Assembly (NCBI GenBank): GCA_964624415.1
Contig: CAZUWR010000001.1
Location: 3,855-67,854 of the forward strand
Length of the DNA stretch: 64,000 bases
Reading direction: 5' to 3'
Source: an uncultured Bdellovibrionales bacterium
Lineage (GTDB): Bacteria; Patescibacteriota; Minisyncoccia; Moranbacterales; UBA1568
The notes beneath the pieces were generated by a model that saw only the letters and a list, made by a program, of their open reading frames with translations, did not search any database and was not told the DNA's origin. Of the stretch, positions 20,316 through 30,402 are shown piece after piece (position 1 is the stretch's first letter; each line of letters begins with the position of its first letter). Made by a program: the position numbers and the translations under genes.

Positions 20316-22184
20316 ATGTTGCAGTTATTGAAGAGAATCAAAAGTGAATGGATACTTTTTTGCCTTGTCATTGCTTTGGGTATTTTCGTACGATCCTATC
20401 ATTTTTCGGATTGGCTTCACTTCGAGATAGATCAGTCGTATGATACGCGATTAGTCTCTCCCGGTGTCGAAAACGGCATCAGTAGCCTTCCTTTGCTTGG
20501 TCCGACGGCTGGTGGAGGCAGGACTTTGCGTCTCGGACCCGCTTTCTATTATCTTGAGTATCTTAGCGCGAAAGTATTCGGCAACACGCCTTCCGGACAT
20601 GCCGGTATAGTCTTGGTGCTTTCGCTGCTTTCTTTGCCGCTTTTTTATCTCCTGTGCCGGCGGTATTTTTCGCGGTACCTCGCGCTCAGCTTGCTGGCGA
20701 TTTTTTCGGTTTCTTTGTATATGGTTCTGTATTCGCGATTTTCGTGGAGCCCCAATGTGCTGCCATTTTTCATGATGCTGATTATGTATGCGCTCTTGCG
20801 AAGCGTATCTTTCGATGAAAAAAGACGCGAAGTATGGTTTCTGACAGCGGTAGCAGCGGTTGCAATCATTACGCAGATACATTTCAATGCGTTTTTTATC
20901 GTACCGCCGGTTGTAGCGATTTTCCTTATGATTAAGCGACCGCGTTTCGGATGGCAGACATGGCTTTCGGCGGTCGCAATCGTCTTAGTGGTATATGCGC
21001 CGGTGATTATCAGCGATATCAAGATGAACGGACAAAACACGATGTATTTTGTTGAAAGACTTGAATTTGGAGGGCAACACAATACGAAAGCACTGGAAAA
21101 GTTGGTTCAGATAACGCAGTATCATGCTGCCGATTATTTTTTGATTGATACGGGTATCGATAAGATCAATGGAAAAAAACTGATAGGGTATGGATGGCAA
21201 CCGCGAGGAATACTTCCTTGGAGACTTATCGCGCTTGCGCTTTTATTCGGTGAGCTGTATGTGCTTACCAGCAATATCCGCAAAGAAAAGGATACACACA
21301 GAAAAGATTTTCTTATTTTCTGCGGACTGCTTTTCTCTCTTTCGTTTCTCTATTTCTTCTCGCTTGCCAAGAGCGGATTCAATATTTATCCGCGATTCTT
21401 TCTTTTGGTCAGTCCATTGGCGATTATACTGCTCGGACTAATGCTTGAGACGCTGCACCCGGAAAGAAATCGGAAGCGGTTGGCGGTGTTTGCGGCAGTT
21501 ATAGCGCTTCTTGTCACATCCAATCTTTATAAGATTAATACATATTTTTCCCAACTGTCGCATACGCAAGAGCAGCCAAGTAAAGTGATGACTGAGGATG
21601 TGCTCCCTAATACGGCGCGTGCAACGCTGTCGGAGCAGCTGGCGGTCGTTGATTTCATCCAGTCCAAGCAAGAGGAGAATGGTTTCCCGGTCTATATCAA
21701 TGCGAAACATGAGTATGAGCCGGTATTTTGGTATCATCTGGAAAGGCGCGGCATCGCGTTTCATGAATCCATCAAAAACGATGTCGCTTATCGGGAGGCG
21801 AACTATTTTCTTATCACCTTTGCCGACAAAGGATTGAAGAGCTATGCATCGCGTTTCACGATCGCGGACAAAAAAACATGTGGTGTATTCAGCGTGTATA
21901 TGCTACGTCCGAATACGGAGAGTATCACCGCAGAGCGACAAACATCGGTAGGGGAAACGCCTATACAAACCCTGCAGATAAACGAGCTTTTCACCTGGAA
22001 TAAGTTGAGGTCATCATGGAATGCTGCGACGGATGCGGCTATCGAGGCGAAAATCCAGCAAGCGGAAACAACAGATATTCAAAATGATGTGACTCAAGGA
22101 CTTTCCAGTAGTGATGAAAACACGAACGGAGATGGCTCTGGTTCTCCTGATACTCCCATCGGTGCAGTCGATGATCTGGAGTAG
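20316..22184 (+). CDS. GT-C fold glycosyltransferase (ArnT/PMT family, GT39/GT83-like)
   Basis: Polytopic N-terminal membrane domain with acidic first-loop motif (EIDQSYD) and large C-terminal extracytoplasmic domain. Confidence 0.6.
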   Translation: MLQLLKRIKSEWILFCLVIALGIFVRSYHFSDWLHFEIDQSYDTRLVSPGVENGISSLPLLGPTAGGGRTLRLGPAFYYLEYLSAKVFGNTPSGHAGIVLVLSLLSLPLFYLLCRRYFSRYLALSLLAIFSVSLYMVLYSRFSWSPNVLPFFMMLIMYALLRSVSFDEKRREVWFLTAVAAVAIITQIHFNAFFIVPPVVAIFLMIKRPRFGWQTWLSAVAIVLVVYAPVIISDIKMNGQNTMYFVERLEFGGQHNTKALEKLVQITQYHAADYFLIDTGIDKINGKKLIGYGWQPRGILPWRLIALALLFGELYVLTSNIRKEKDTHRKDFLIFCGLLFSLSFLYFFSLAKSGFNIYPRFFLLVSPLAIILLGLMLETLHPERNRKRLAVFAAVIALLVTSNLYKINTYFSQLSHTQEQPSKVMTEDVLPNTARATLSEQLAVVDFIQSKQEENGFPVYINAKHEYEPVFWYHLERRGIAFHESIKNDVAYREANYFLITFADKGLKSYASRFTIADKKTCGVFSVYMLRPNTESITAERQTSVGETPIQTLQINELFTWNKLRSSWNAATDAAIEAKIQQAETTDIQNDVTQGLSSSDENTNGDGSGSPDTPIGAVDDLE

Positions 22185-22223
22185 GAAAGGTATAATTTCG
22201 ATAGCATATAAAGAATTACGCGT

Positions 22224-23324
22224 ATGAAATCGTTGGTCATCAAAGTTGTGGTATGGATAGCCATTGTAAATATTTTTGCGTTCGTGGCGCTCAACCGATT
22301 CAATCTCAATGCCGATACGGCCTATCGTTGGATTTCTCCCTCGCAGTTTCCTGCAGTGCAGAGTTTCGATTTCGTGAATATGCACAATCGGTGGGATTCG
22401 TACTGGTATCTGGATATCATCCAAAACGGGTACTATTTGAAGCAGGATAATACGCTTTCCAATGTCGTCTTTTTTCCCTTGTATCCGATGTTGATGAAAC
22501 TGGTCGGGACGATTCTTTTTGGGCACTTTATCTTGGCCGGGTGGCTGATCAGTAGCGTTTCGCTGGTACTGGCCTGCACGTACCTGTATCGGATCATACG
22601 CGAGTTTCATCCTGATATCGATCCGGAGCTTCCAGTACTTCTGATGCTCGTCTTTCCAACCGCTTTTTTCCTTAACGTCGTGTATACGGAAGCCTTGTTC
22701 CTGCTACTGACAACCGGGTGTTTTTACTACACATTGCGCCGGCAATTCTGGCATGCGGGAGCCTTTGCTCTTTTCGGTGCATTGACACACAGCAACGGTG
22801 TTTTTCTGGCACTGCCTATTTTCTGGGAGACGGTCCAGCTACATGGATGGAAATCGCTTTTCACGCAGAGAATTTTTCCGATGGCGCTCGCTCCGATAGG
22901 GATGATCTCATTTCTCGCTTTCGATTATTTCAAATTTCACGACCCGCTTTTGTTCTTCAAGATCGAGAGCGCCTGGGGACGATCGTTTTCTATTAATTAT
23001 GATCATTTCTCGCTTTTTTCGCATCCGTCGATTATCAATATGGGTATCGATATCGTATTTACGATACTTATTATCACAGCGGTAGTGCTGGTATACCAGC
23101 GTCTTTCGAGGATGTATGCCGTATTTATGTCATTGACCGTTTTCGCCGCGCTCTCATCGGGGACGCTGATGAGTATCGGCCGCTATAGTCTCGCTTTGTT
23201 TCCACTTTTCATCCTTCTTGCCACCATCAAGAACAAAACCGTTCTGCAGGCGTGGATTTTCGGTTCAGCTCTTTTTCTTGCGATGGACATCACGCTCTTT
23301 GTGACGAATTATTGGGCAGGGTAG
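22224..23324 (+). CDS. GT-C membrane mannosyltransferase-like protein (PIG-V/DUF2029-like)
   Basis: WDSYWYLDIIQNGY motif resembling PIG-V family; ~9 TM segments. Confidence 0.5.
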   Translation: MKSLVIKVVVWIAIVNIFAFVALNRFNLNADTAYRWISPSQFPAVQSFDFVNMHNRWDSYWYLDIIQNGYYLKQDNTLSNVVFFPLYPMLMKLVGTILFGHFILAGWLISSVSLVLACTYLYRIIREFHPDIDPELPVLLMLVFPTAFFLNVVYTEALFLLLTTGCFYYTLRRQFWHAGAFALFGALTHSNGVFLALPIFWETVQLHGWKSLFTQRIFPMALAPIGMISFLAFDYFKFHDPLLFFKIESAWGRSFSINYDHFSLFSHPSIINMGIDIVFTILIITAVVLVYQRLSRMYAVFMSLTVFAALSSGTLMSIGRYSLALFPLFILLATIKNKTVLQAWIFGSALFLAMDITLFVTNYWAG

Positions 23325-23626
23325 AAAATGATACCGGCTGTTCCTATGAATGTGAAAATTTTCGTAATACGGCGGATATTCATAGTTTCTTCATATTGGA
23401 TAAGTAAACTATATTCAGTAGACTTTTTACGAGTATGTGAATTATGAAAATTGAAACCGCTTATTCGAAATCAAATCGAACAGTCGAGTATAAGGATGCA
23501 ACAAAAAATGTTAAACAAGGTGCCTGAGATAACATTGTATTTTTTGGGTTATCAAGGTGTTGTGTGCGACGGTGGGTGAGACTATTTCCGATTTCCCTAA
23601 TGTCAAAAAGACGGGAGCATATTAGT

Positions 23627-24115
23627 ATGGAGGTATTGTATCGGGTAATCAGTAAGCCGTTTTGTTTTATGAAAAAATATGCCTACATCATGACACTTGC
23701 AGGGATGGCGTTTATCAATGCGGCTTACCTGAGTTACAAGGCCTATGTGTTTCAATATGTGAGCAAGGTTGATTTCTCGACCTTCTGCAGTTTCTCGGGC
23801 ACTAATTCGTGCTCCAATGTCTTAGCGAGTCCGTATTCTTTGGTATTCGGTATCCCATTCCCATGGATCGCTCTGATCGTCTATCCTGTCTTATTTTTCT
23901 TGGCTTGGCAAGGCTTCCGGAAATCCTCGTATGCTCAGGCGGAGATCTTGGCTGTGTTAGCGGGTCTTGGGATGTGCTTCAACGGGTTTATCATTTATAG
24001 AGAGATCACTATCATTCACGCGTACTGCCTCTTATGCCTTCTTTGTTCTATAATCATTATAACTATCTTTACGCTCTCATTGCTTCTCTTACGCGAAGCG
24101 AAACGGCTGCTTTAA
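23627..24115 (+). CDS. vitamin K epoxide reductase (VKOR) family protein
   Basis: Loop Cys pair FCSFSGTNSC and TM CxxC (CLLC); GGGAG RBS before ATG at 23627. Confidence 0.6.
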   Translation: MEVLYRVISKPFCFMKKYAYIMTLAGMAFINAAYLSYKAYVFQYVSKVDFSTFCSFSGTNSCSNVLASPYSLVFGIPFPWIALIVYPVLFFLAWQGFRKSSYAQAEILAVLAGLGMCFNGFIIYREITIIHAYCLLCLLCSIIIITIFTLSLLLLREAKRLL

Positions 24116-24126
24116 AAAGATTGCAT

Positions 24127-24792
24127 ATGCGTATCCTTATTGTGGAAGATAATCAAAAATTGGCGACCTATCTGAAGAAAGCTTTGGAAAGCCAAAGCTA
24201 TGCTGTCGATGTGGTGCATGATGGAATAAAAGGAGAAATTCGCGCAAGGTGCGGCGAATACGATGCTGTCATTTTGGATGTGATGCTACCAGAAAAAGAT
24301 GGTATCGCTGTTTGTAAAGGTTTACGCGAAGGGAACATCAATATGCCGGTACTGATGCTCACTGCCAAAGGGGACATTGGCGATAGGGTTGAGGGATTGG
24401 ATAGTGGTGCCGATGATTATCTGGTAAAACCCTTTGAGTTGGAAGAATTGTTGGCACGTATCCGAGCACTGCTTCGCCGACCTCAGGAGAAATATCCAGA
24501 GATTTTGACAGTGCGGGATATTATAATCAATAACGCTACTCGTTCGGTTGAGAAAAACGGGAAAATGATTTTGCTGACACTCAAAGAATATGCGGTATTG
24601 GAATATCTTATACTTAATAAAGGCCGAGCGATGACGAGAGAGCAGATATTGGAACATTGTTGGGATTTCGCGTTCGATTCTTTCAGTAATATCGTGGATG
24701 TGTATATCAAACAGGTAAGAAAAAAACTCAATGACAAAGATGGAATATATATTAAGACCGTTCGAGGTATTGGTTACAAGTTTGAGGATTAG
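24127..24792 (+). CDS. OmpR-family response regulator
   Basis: Receiver domain (ILIVEDN..D..LDVMLP) and winged-helix C-terminus (YIKTVRGIGYKF). Confidence 0.85.
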   Translation: MRILIVEDNQKLATYLKKALESQSYAVDVVHDGIKGEIRARCGEYDAVILDVMLPEKDGIAVCKGLREGNINMPVLMLTAKGDIGDRVEGLDSGADDYLVKPFELEELLARIRALLRRPQEKYPEILTVRDIIINNATRSVEKNGKMILLTLKEYAVLEYLILNKGRAMTREQILEHCWDFAFDSFSNIVDVYIKQVRKKLNDKDGIYIKTVRGIGYKFED

Positions 24793-25780
24793 CGCTATCA
24801 ATATAGCAAGAATCAAACTGACGATTTTTTATGAAGCGGTCGTTTTTTTGATACTAGCGCTTTTCAGTGTTGGCGTATACGGGCTCTTCGATAAATCGTT
24901 GGGTGAGGATTTGGGATATCCTCAGTTAGGTATCGGTATTCAGTTGCTGGGACATACCAAGACAGAGCTCGCCAAGGATATCATTGTGGAGGAAAAACAG
25001 AGATTGTTAGTTATTCTCCTGCTATTGGATGGCGTTATTCTTGTAGTTGCCGGAGGAATGAGCTTTGTTTTGGCAGGATATACATTGAAACCGATTCAGG
25101 AAAGTTATGATCGCCAGAAGAAGTTTTTGGCCGACGCTGCTCATGAGTTTCGGACGCCGCTTTCGGTAATGAAGACAGGTATGCAGGTCGCACTCAAAGA
25201 AAGGTTGAATCATGATGGGTATGCACGGATCATGAAAGAGTCCGTCGAGGAAATCGATTTTCTGAACGCGATGGTCGATGACCTTCTCTTTTTGGCGAAG
25301 AGCGACTATTCGAAAAAAACACCATTTACCGAGGTTGATTTTGAGGCGATGATTGAAAAACAGGTCACAGTTATGCAATCGTATGCGAAAGAGAAGCAGG
25401 TTACGCTAACGATTGAAGGGCTCGAGGGTATGAGGGTGTTTGGCAATGAGGCGCATCTGAAACGGCTTCTGACAAATCTGATACACAATGCCATCGATTA
25501 TAATATTCCCGGGGGGAAGGTAGGCGTTTCCTGCTGGAAGGATAGGCATTGGGCACACTTAACAGTGTTTGATACCGGCGTCGGTATTTCGCAGGGCAAT
25601 CTGAAACATATATTCGATCGATTTTATAAGGCGGATTCTTCCCGCGCGAAAAAATCAGGCGGGGCGGGTCTGGGGCTGTCTATCGTACAAGGAATCGTCA
25701 GATCCCATCATGGGCAGATTCATCTTGAGAGTATTGTTGGACAAGGAACAACCGTATTCATAATGTTGCCATTGGCGTAA
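24731..25780 (+). CDS. sensor histidine kinase
   Basis: H-box AAHEFRTPLS, N-box LIHNAIDYN, G-boxes DTGVGI and GGAGLGLSIV; start uncertain (overlaps RR). Confidence 0.8.
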   Translation: MTKMEYILRPFEVLVTSLRISAINIARIKLTIFYEAVVFLILALFSVGVYGLFDKSLGEDLGYPQLGIGIQLLGHTKTELAKDIIVEEKQRLLVILLLLDGVILVVAGGMSFVLAGYTLKPIQESYDRQKKFLADAAHEFRTPLSVMKTGMQVALKERLNHDGYARIMKESVEEIDFLNAMVDDLLFLAKSDYSKKTPFTEVDFEAMIEKQVTVMQSYAKEKQVTLTIEGLEGMRVFGNEAHLKRLLTNLIHNAIDYNIPGGKVGVSCWKDRHWAHLTVFDTGVGISQGNLKHIFDRFYKADSSRAKKSGGAGLGLSIVQGIVRSHHGQIHLESIVGQGTTVFIMLPLA

Positions 25781-25906
25781 TGATCCCAGAGAGAATATCT
25801 TCATGTGATTTTCATCTTTGCGTTCTATACTGTCTTATGTAATCCTTTATACGGAGTTGTTGATGTGTAACATAATACGGTTATGCGCGGCGGACTCATA
25901 AGAAGT

Positions 25907-26239
25907 ATGAATAAGAAAAAAGCGATGATGGTAGGCGGACTGGCAATGGCCATTATGTTGTCGAGCAATGTTCTCGGTGCCCATGCTTCGACGACGAAAA
26001 GCACGAGCGACAAAACCGAAAAAGGAACAGTCGTATCGGTCTCTTCGGATTCATTTGATCTGAAGGCGAACAATAAGACTTATACGGTAAAAACGAGTGA
26101 TACGACGGTATTTAAGGATAAGAAGGGCGCTACCACTATGAAGTTGAGCGACATCAAAAAAGGCGACACCGTAAAGGCGAAGGGTGTTTTGACCAAGATG
26201 AAGCTGTCTGCCAAAAGCGTAACCGAATTTTCTCGGTAA
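25907..26239 (+). CDS. secreted DUF5666-like small protein
   Basis: Signal peptide; C-terminal beta-rich segment paralogous to protein at 39260. Confidence 0.45.
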   Translation: MNKKKAMMVGGLAMAIMLSSNVLGAHASTTKSTSDKTEKGTVVSVSSDSFDLKANNKTYTVKTSDTTVFKDKKGATTMKLSDIKKGDTVKAKGVLTKMKLSAKSVTEFSR

Positions 26240-26261
26240 GTAGCTCCCGGAAGAGTTTATA

Positions 26262-26305
26262 CAGGGAGTGATGTTTATGCATTACACTCCCTGTGTTTTC
26301 TATTC
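26262..26305 (+). terminator. rho-independent terminator
   Basis: CAGGGAGTG..CACTCCCTG hairpin followed by T-run. Confidence 0.5.
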
Positions 26306-26342
26306 AGAAAGATGTCTTTTTAGAACCAAAAAACTGCGCATA

Positions 26343-26371
26343 TTGACAGTTTTGAGGCTATAGAGTAGACT
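26343..26371 (+). promoter_or_regulatory. sigma70-type promoter (TTGACA-17-TAGACT) for rpsP
   Basis: Consensus -35, 17-nt spacer. Confidence 0.4.
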
Positions 26372-26408
26372 AGGGGAAGACTTTAAACGGTGTAATCGAT
26401 AGTATATT

Positions 26409-26729
26409 ATGTTGACGATTCGTTTCAATCGAACAGGGAAAAAGAACCATGCCCAATTCCGCGTGGTAGTACAGGAACACACGGTGGCTCCCGGAGGACG
26501 CCATGTCGAGGTGCTCGGAAGCTATGATCCCCATCAGAAAAAGGCTGTACTGAAGGCAGAACGTATCACTTATTGGTTGGGACAGGGTGCTCAGATGTCC
26601 GATTCCGCGTTCAACTTATGCGTCAAAGAAGGTGTGGTCAAGGCCGACAAGAAACGCGCTGTGAAAATAGCTCGTCCGGTCAAGGCGGTTGAAGAAGCCC
26701 CAGCTCCTGTGGCTGAAGTAAAAGCATAG
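26409..26729 (+). CDS. rpsP: 30S ribosomal protein S16
   Basis: MLTIRFNRTGKKNHAQFRVVV canonical bS16 N-terminus. Confidence 0.9.
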   Translation: MLTIRFNRTGKKNHAQFRVVVQEHTVAPGGRHVEVLGSYDPHQKKAVLKAERITYWLGQGAQMSDSAFNLCVKEGVVKADKKRAVKIARPVKAVEEAPAPVAEVKA

Positions 26730-26910
26730 AGAGGCTTCTGTCATTGTGGACAGAGTGCTGTATCGAGGTTTTCCCGGTACACTACCTTGTTCAGAATGAT
26801 AGAGTACAATCGAATATTTTCCGTAGATCCAAGGCATTTGTAAGTCCTTGAGAGGAAGTGCCGATAAACGAATCTCTAGAGGGATAGTATATCGGGTCGA
26901 GCTCTTGCTC

Positions 26911-26940
26911 TTATGTATCTGCGGAAAAGAACGCAGATTT
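26911..26940 (+). terminator. rho-independent terminator
   Basis: CTGCGgaaaagaaCGCAG followed by T6. Confidence 0.5.
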
Positions 26941-27000
26941 TTTAATGGAATAAAACTTTCTCATTTGGCACTCAAATGAAAAAGTTTTAAAGAAGAATGT

Positions 27001-27522
27001 ATGCAAACAAAAGTACAGAAAGAAGAATTGATTGCTCGTATCGTCGAGAAAATCACCGCTTCGAAAGCTATGGTGTTTGCTGATTTCAAGGGATTGACCG
27101 TGAAGGAAGTGACAACGCTCAAGCGAGAGTTGCGCACGACCGGATCCAGTATGGTCGTTCTGAAGAAAACATTACTCAATATCGCTTTGGAAAAGGCTGG
27201 TGTTGAGGTTAATGGTCGCAAATTGCATGGTCAGGTAGCAGTTGCTTTCTCTGCTGACGAGGTATCTGCCGCAAAGGCGGTCGCCAACTTTGCCAAGCCG
27301 TTCAAGGATAAGAAGATTATCGTTGGGGGATCATTGGGAACGAAGGCGTTGTCAGTTGAGGAGGTGAAGGCTTTGGCACTTCTGCCAACGCAAGACGAGA
27401 TGCGCGCCAAGCTCTTGGGAACATTGCAGGCGCCTATTGCCAGCTTTGTCCGCGTATTGGATGGCAATATCAGTGGTTTTGTCCGCGTGTTGCAAGCAGT
27501 TGCTGATAGCAAGACCGCATAG
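27001..27522 (+). CDS. rplJ: 50S ribosomal protein L10
   Basis: uL10-like N-terminus (KEELIARIVEKI..MVFADFKGLTV). Confidence 0.9.
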   Translation: MQTKVQKEELIARIVEKITASKAMVFADFKGLTVKEVTTLKRELRTTGSSMVVLKKTLLNIALEKAGVEVNGRKLHGQVAVAFSADEVSAAKAVANFAKPFKDKKIIVGGSLGTKALSVEEVKALALLPTQDEMRAKLLGTLQAPIASFVRVLDGNISGFVRVLQAVADSKTA

Positions 27523-27585
27523 CAGGAAGGATTTACGCGTTTGAACGTGGTTTTATAAAGGATAATTTATTGTAAGTATAATCGT

Positions 27586-27987
27586 ATGACTGAAGAGAAA
27601 AAAGACGTAGTAGTGCCGGCAAAGTTCGAGAAGATCGTTGCTGAGATCGAAAAGATGAGCGTGCTTGATTTGTCTGAGCTCGTGAAGGTGCTTGAGGACA
27701 AGTTCGGTGTTAGCGCTGCTGCTCCTGTTATGATGGGTGCTGCTCCTGCTGCTGCCGCTGAAGCCGCTGAAGAGAAGAGCGATTTCGATGTTGAATTGAC
27801 TGCTGCCGGTGCTCAGAAGATTAATGTTATCAAAGCTGTCCGTGAAATCACCGGACTTGGTTTGAAAGAAGCTAAGGACCTTGTTGACGCTGCTCCAAAG
27901 GTAATCAAGGAGAAGGTTGCTAAGACCGATGCTGAAACCATGAAGAAGAAGTTGGAAGAAGCTGGTGCTACCGTAGTATTGAAATAG
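27586..27987 (+). CDS. rplL: 50S ribosomal protein L7/L12
   Basis: Ala-rich hinge and C-terminal [28 protein letters not shown]. Confidence 0.9.
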   Translation: MTEEKKDVVVPAKFEKIVAEIEKMSVLDLSELVKVLEDKFGVSAAAPVMMGAAPAAAAEAAEEKSDFDVELTAAGAQKINVIKAVREITGLGLKEAKDLVDAAPKVIKEKVAKTDAETMKKKLEEAGATVVLK

Positions 27988-28022
27988 TCTTTACTTTCAA
28001 GTATCAGTCTCAATCGCGCATA

Positions 28023-28055
28023 AAAGACGAGCCTTTCGGCTCGTCTTTTTGTTGT
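28023..28055 (+). terminator. rho-independent terminator after rplL
   Basis: AAAGACGAGCCtttcGGCTCGTCTTT + T-run; rpoB does not follow. Confidence 0.7.
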
Positions 28056-28107
28056 TTTTATGGTATCATTAAGACATATCGTTTTTATTTTCTAACACTT
28101 TATTCTC

Positions 28108-28749
28108 ATGGAATTTTTCGGATTCAACCTTATCGATTTTGTGAAAGCAGCAGGGTATACGGGCGTCTTTGCGGTTATCTTTGCTGAGACCGGACTCTTT
28201 TTGGGATTTTTTTTACCGGGAGATAGTCTTTTATTTGTCGCGGGTTTTCTTGCGTCACAAGGACTGCTCAATATCTGGGTACTGACCATTTTGCTTTTTG
28301 TGGCAGCGGTAACCGGCAATATCTTGGGATATGCTTTCGGGTACAAGATCGGCCCGGCAATTTTCAATAAGGAAGACTCGCTTCTTTTCAAACAGTCTCA
28401 CGTACGGAAGGCCCAACTTTTCTATGACAGGTACGGCGGGAAGGTGGTTATGATTGCAAGGTTCATTCCCATTGTCCGTACCTTTGCTCCGATTTTGGCC
28501 GGCGTAGCACAGATGAAAAAATCGGTATTTCTCTTTTACAATATTGTAGGGGCTTTGGTGTGGACACTCGGATTGACCCTGCTTGGCTTTTGGCTGGGGA
28601 ATGTGATTCCCAATATCGACCACTATCTGTTGCCGATTGTCGGGGCGATTATTGTCGCGTCTATCCTTCCGGGTGTTATAGGGTATTTCCGAGAGCGAAA
28701 CAAAACTCGCAACACGGTCGACGAAACCATCACTGGCGAAACGTCTTAA
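28108..28749 (+). CDS. DedA-family membrane protein
   Basis: GLFLGFFLPGDSLLFVAGFLA DedA/SNARE-associated signature. Confidence 0.75.
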   Translation: MEFFGFNLIDFVKAAGYTGVFAVIFAETGLFLGFFLPGDSLLFVAGFLASQGLLNIWVLTILLFVAAVTGNILGYAFGYKIGPAIFNKEDSLLFKQSHVRKAQLFYDRYGGKVVMIARFIPIVRTFAPILAGVAQMKKSVFLFYNIVGALVWTLGLTLLGFWLGNVIPNIDHYLLPIVGAIIVASILPGVIGYFRERNKTRNTVDETITGETS

Positions 28750-28918
28750 TCAACTGGTTTGAGGTATATAAAAAGGCCTCACGTTCCCTTGATTCTCTAC
28801 ACCCACTCTGGGTCAGGAATCCTTTGAAATGAAGCCTCTCGGAGGTCGGCTGGGTACTTCTCAGACCACTGCCTCCTCTACCTCGTGATACGCATATATT
28901 TCCATTTTATTTCACCCT

Positions 28919-29488
28919 ATGCCATTTGATGCATTGTTTGAAAGCAAGTCAGATGAGGAAATTGCGGAACTTGTTCCTGATAACAAGGAGTATTTCGGCG
29001 TGATTATCCGTCGGTATGAGGGTAAGTTGATGCGCTATGTAAAACGTATCGGCGGAGGGAGGCAGGAGTCGGTCGAGGATGTCGTGCAGAATATTTTTAT
29101 TAAGGCATACGTAAATATAGAGAGTTTTCGGAAGGGACAGAAGTTCTCGAGCTGGCTATACGGTATCGCCCATAATGAATGTATCGATTACTGGCGTCGG
29201 AATAAGAAACACACCAATATTTCTTTGGATGAAAATGTTGAGTTGGCAGCGGTTTTAGCCTCGAGCGAAGATATCGAGCACGATCTTTTTGTGAAAGAAG
29301 AAGGCTTGCTGGTAAGGAAGGCGCTTGATCAGTTGCCGGTGAAATTCAAAGAAGTGCTGGTATTGCGGTACTTGGAAGATAAGGATTATCAGGAGATAAG
29401 CGATATTCTCAAAAAACCGGTTTCAACGGTCGGCACGCTTATTCATCGGGCGAAGGCTTTGCTTAAGCAACTTATCAAGAATACGTAA
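28919..29488 (+). CDS. ECF-type RNA polymerase sigma factor
   Basis: Region 2 (FSSWLYGIAHNECIDYWRR) and region 4 HTH (YQEISDILKKPVSTVGTLIHRA). Confidence 0.8.
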   Translation: MPFDALFESKSDEEIAELVPDNKEYFGVIIRRYEGKLMRYVKRIGGGRQESVEDVVQNIFIKAYVNIESFRKGQKFSSWLYGIAHNECIDYWRRNKKHTNISLDENVELAAVLASSEDIEHDLFVKEEGLLVRKALDQLPVKFKEVLVLRYLEDKDYQEISDILKKPVSTVGTLIHRAKALLKQLIKNT

Positions 29489-29941
29489 ATGGACCTCGAA
29501 CACAAGATACTGCAAAAAATCGAAAAGGAAAATATCCGCACTCGGTCACGGTGGTTTTTTTATGGAAAAGATGGTGGTAAAATCGCTATCGCGCTTATTT
29601 TGATTGCTGTCTCAGCCATATTTTGCGGGATATCGATTGCCTTGACCGTTCATCTGGCCAGGGAGATTTCTTTCGCGAATTTTCCGTACAGTTTGGTCAT
29701 ATTCTCTATGATTGCGGCATTTTTAGCTTATGAATCATTCGTTCGATCATTTTCTTTTTATAAAACGCAGATATCATTCGGTGTCGCGATTTTGTGTTTG
29801 ATCACATTCTCATTCGGATATGCTTTATTCACTTTCGGCCACGCAGAGCGATTGGAGCGGCGATTTCAGCATTCACCCGTTTATCATCGGGCGGTACCGC
29901 ATTCATTTCCGGAACACGAGCGATTTGAGAGAAGGGATTGA
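29489..29941 (+). CDS. putative membrane anti-sigma factor
   Basis: Immediately follows ECF sigma (stop/start abutting); TM helices; inferred from position only. Confidence 0.35.
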   Translation: MDLEHKILQKIEKENIRTRSRWFFYGKDGGKIAIALILIAVSAIFCGISIALTVHLAREISFANFPYSLVIFSMIAAFLAYESFVRSFSFYKTQISFGVAILCLITFSFGYALFTFGHAERLERRFQHSPVYHRAVPHSFPEHERFERRD

Positions 29942-29998
29942 ATTTGGTATACTGAAAAAAGAATACGACGGTTTCAACTAGCAATATAAAATACTTCT

Positions 29999-30394
29999 AT
30001 GGCAAATATACAAGCGCGTCTTTTATTAACCCTTATCACTTTGGTAGCATTTACGGGGCCGTTTATCGGCGTTATGATCCTTGAGAATGTGAAGCGTGAT
30101 ACTAAATTGATCGCCAATCAGGAAGCAGTCGCATCCGTGAAAAAAGATACTGATGCGGCTCGGTATGAGTATTATTTGGGTATAGCAGAGCAGCGGGAAG
30201 TGCTTCGGAAATCGATGGCGGATGCGAAAACCGAGTATGATAAGCTCATTTCCGACCAACCCCAGCTGGTTAAAGACAACCAAAAAACTGTGACTCAGAC
30301 GACGACGGTACCGGTAGTGACACAAAAGGTGACAAGCGTTCCCGTGACAACCTATAGCGCGCCAAAGAGCTCCACCAAGACGAAGACTTCATAA
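29999..30394 (+). CDS. hypothetical single-pass membrane protein with Thr/Val-rich tail
   Basis: N-terminal TM helix; no homology. Confidence 0.35.
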   Translation: MANIQARLLLTLITLVAFTGPFIGVMILENVKRDTKLIANQEAVASVKKDTDAARYEYYLGIAEQREVLRKSMADAKTEYDKLISDQPQLVKDNQKTVTQTTTVPVVTQKVTSVPVTTYSAPKSSTKTKTS

Positions 30395-30402
30395 AGATAC
30401 CT

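Noticed and set aside
24034-24126. N-terminal extension of the response-regulator ORF
   Set aside because: The extension overlaps the VKOR gene 3' end. The receiver domain begins at MRILIVEDN (24127), and the upstream part is read-through of the VKOR frame.
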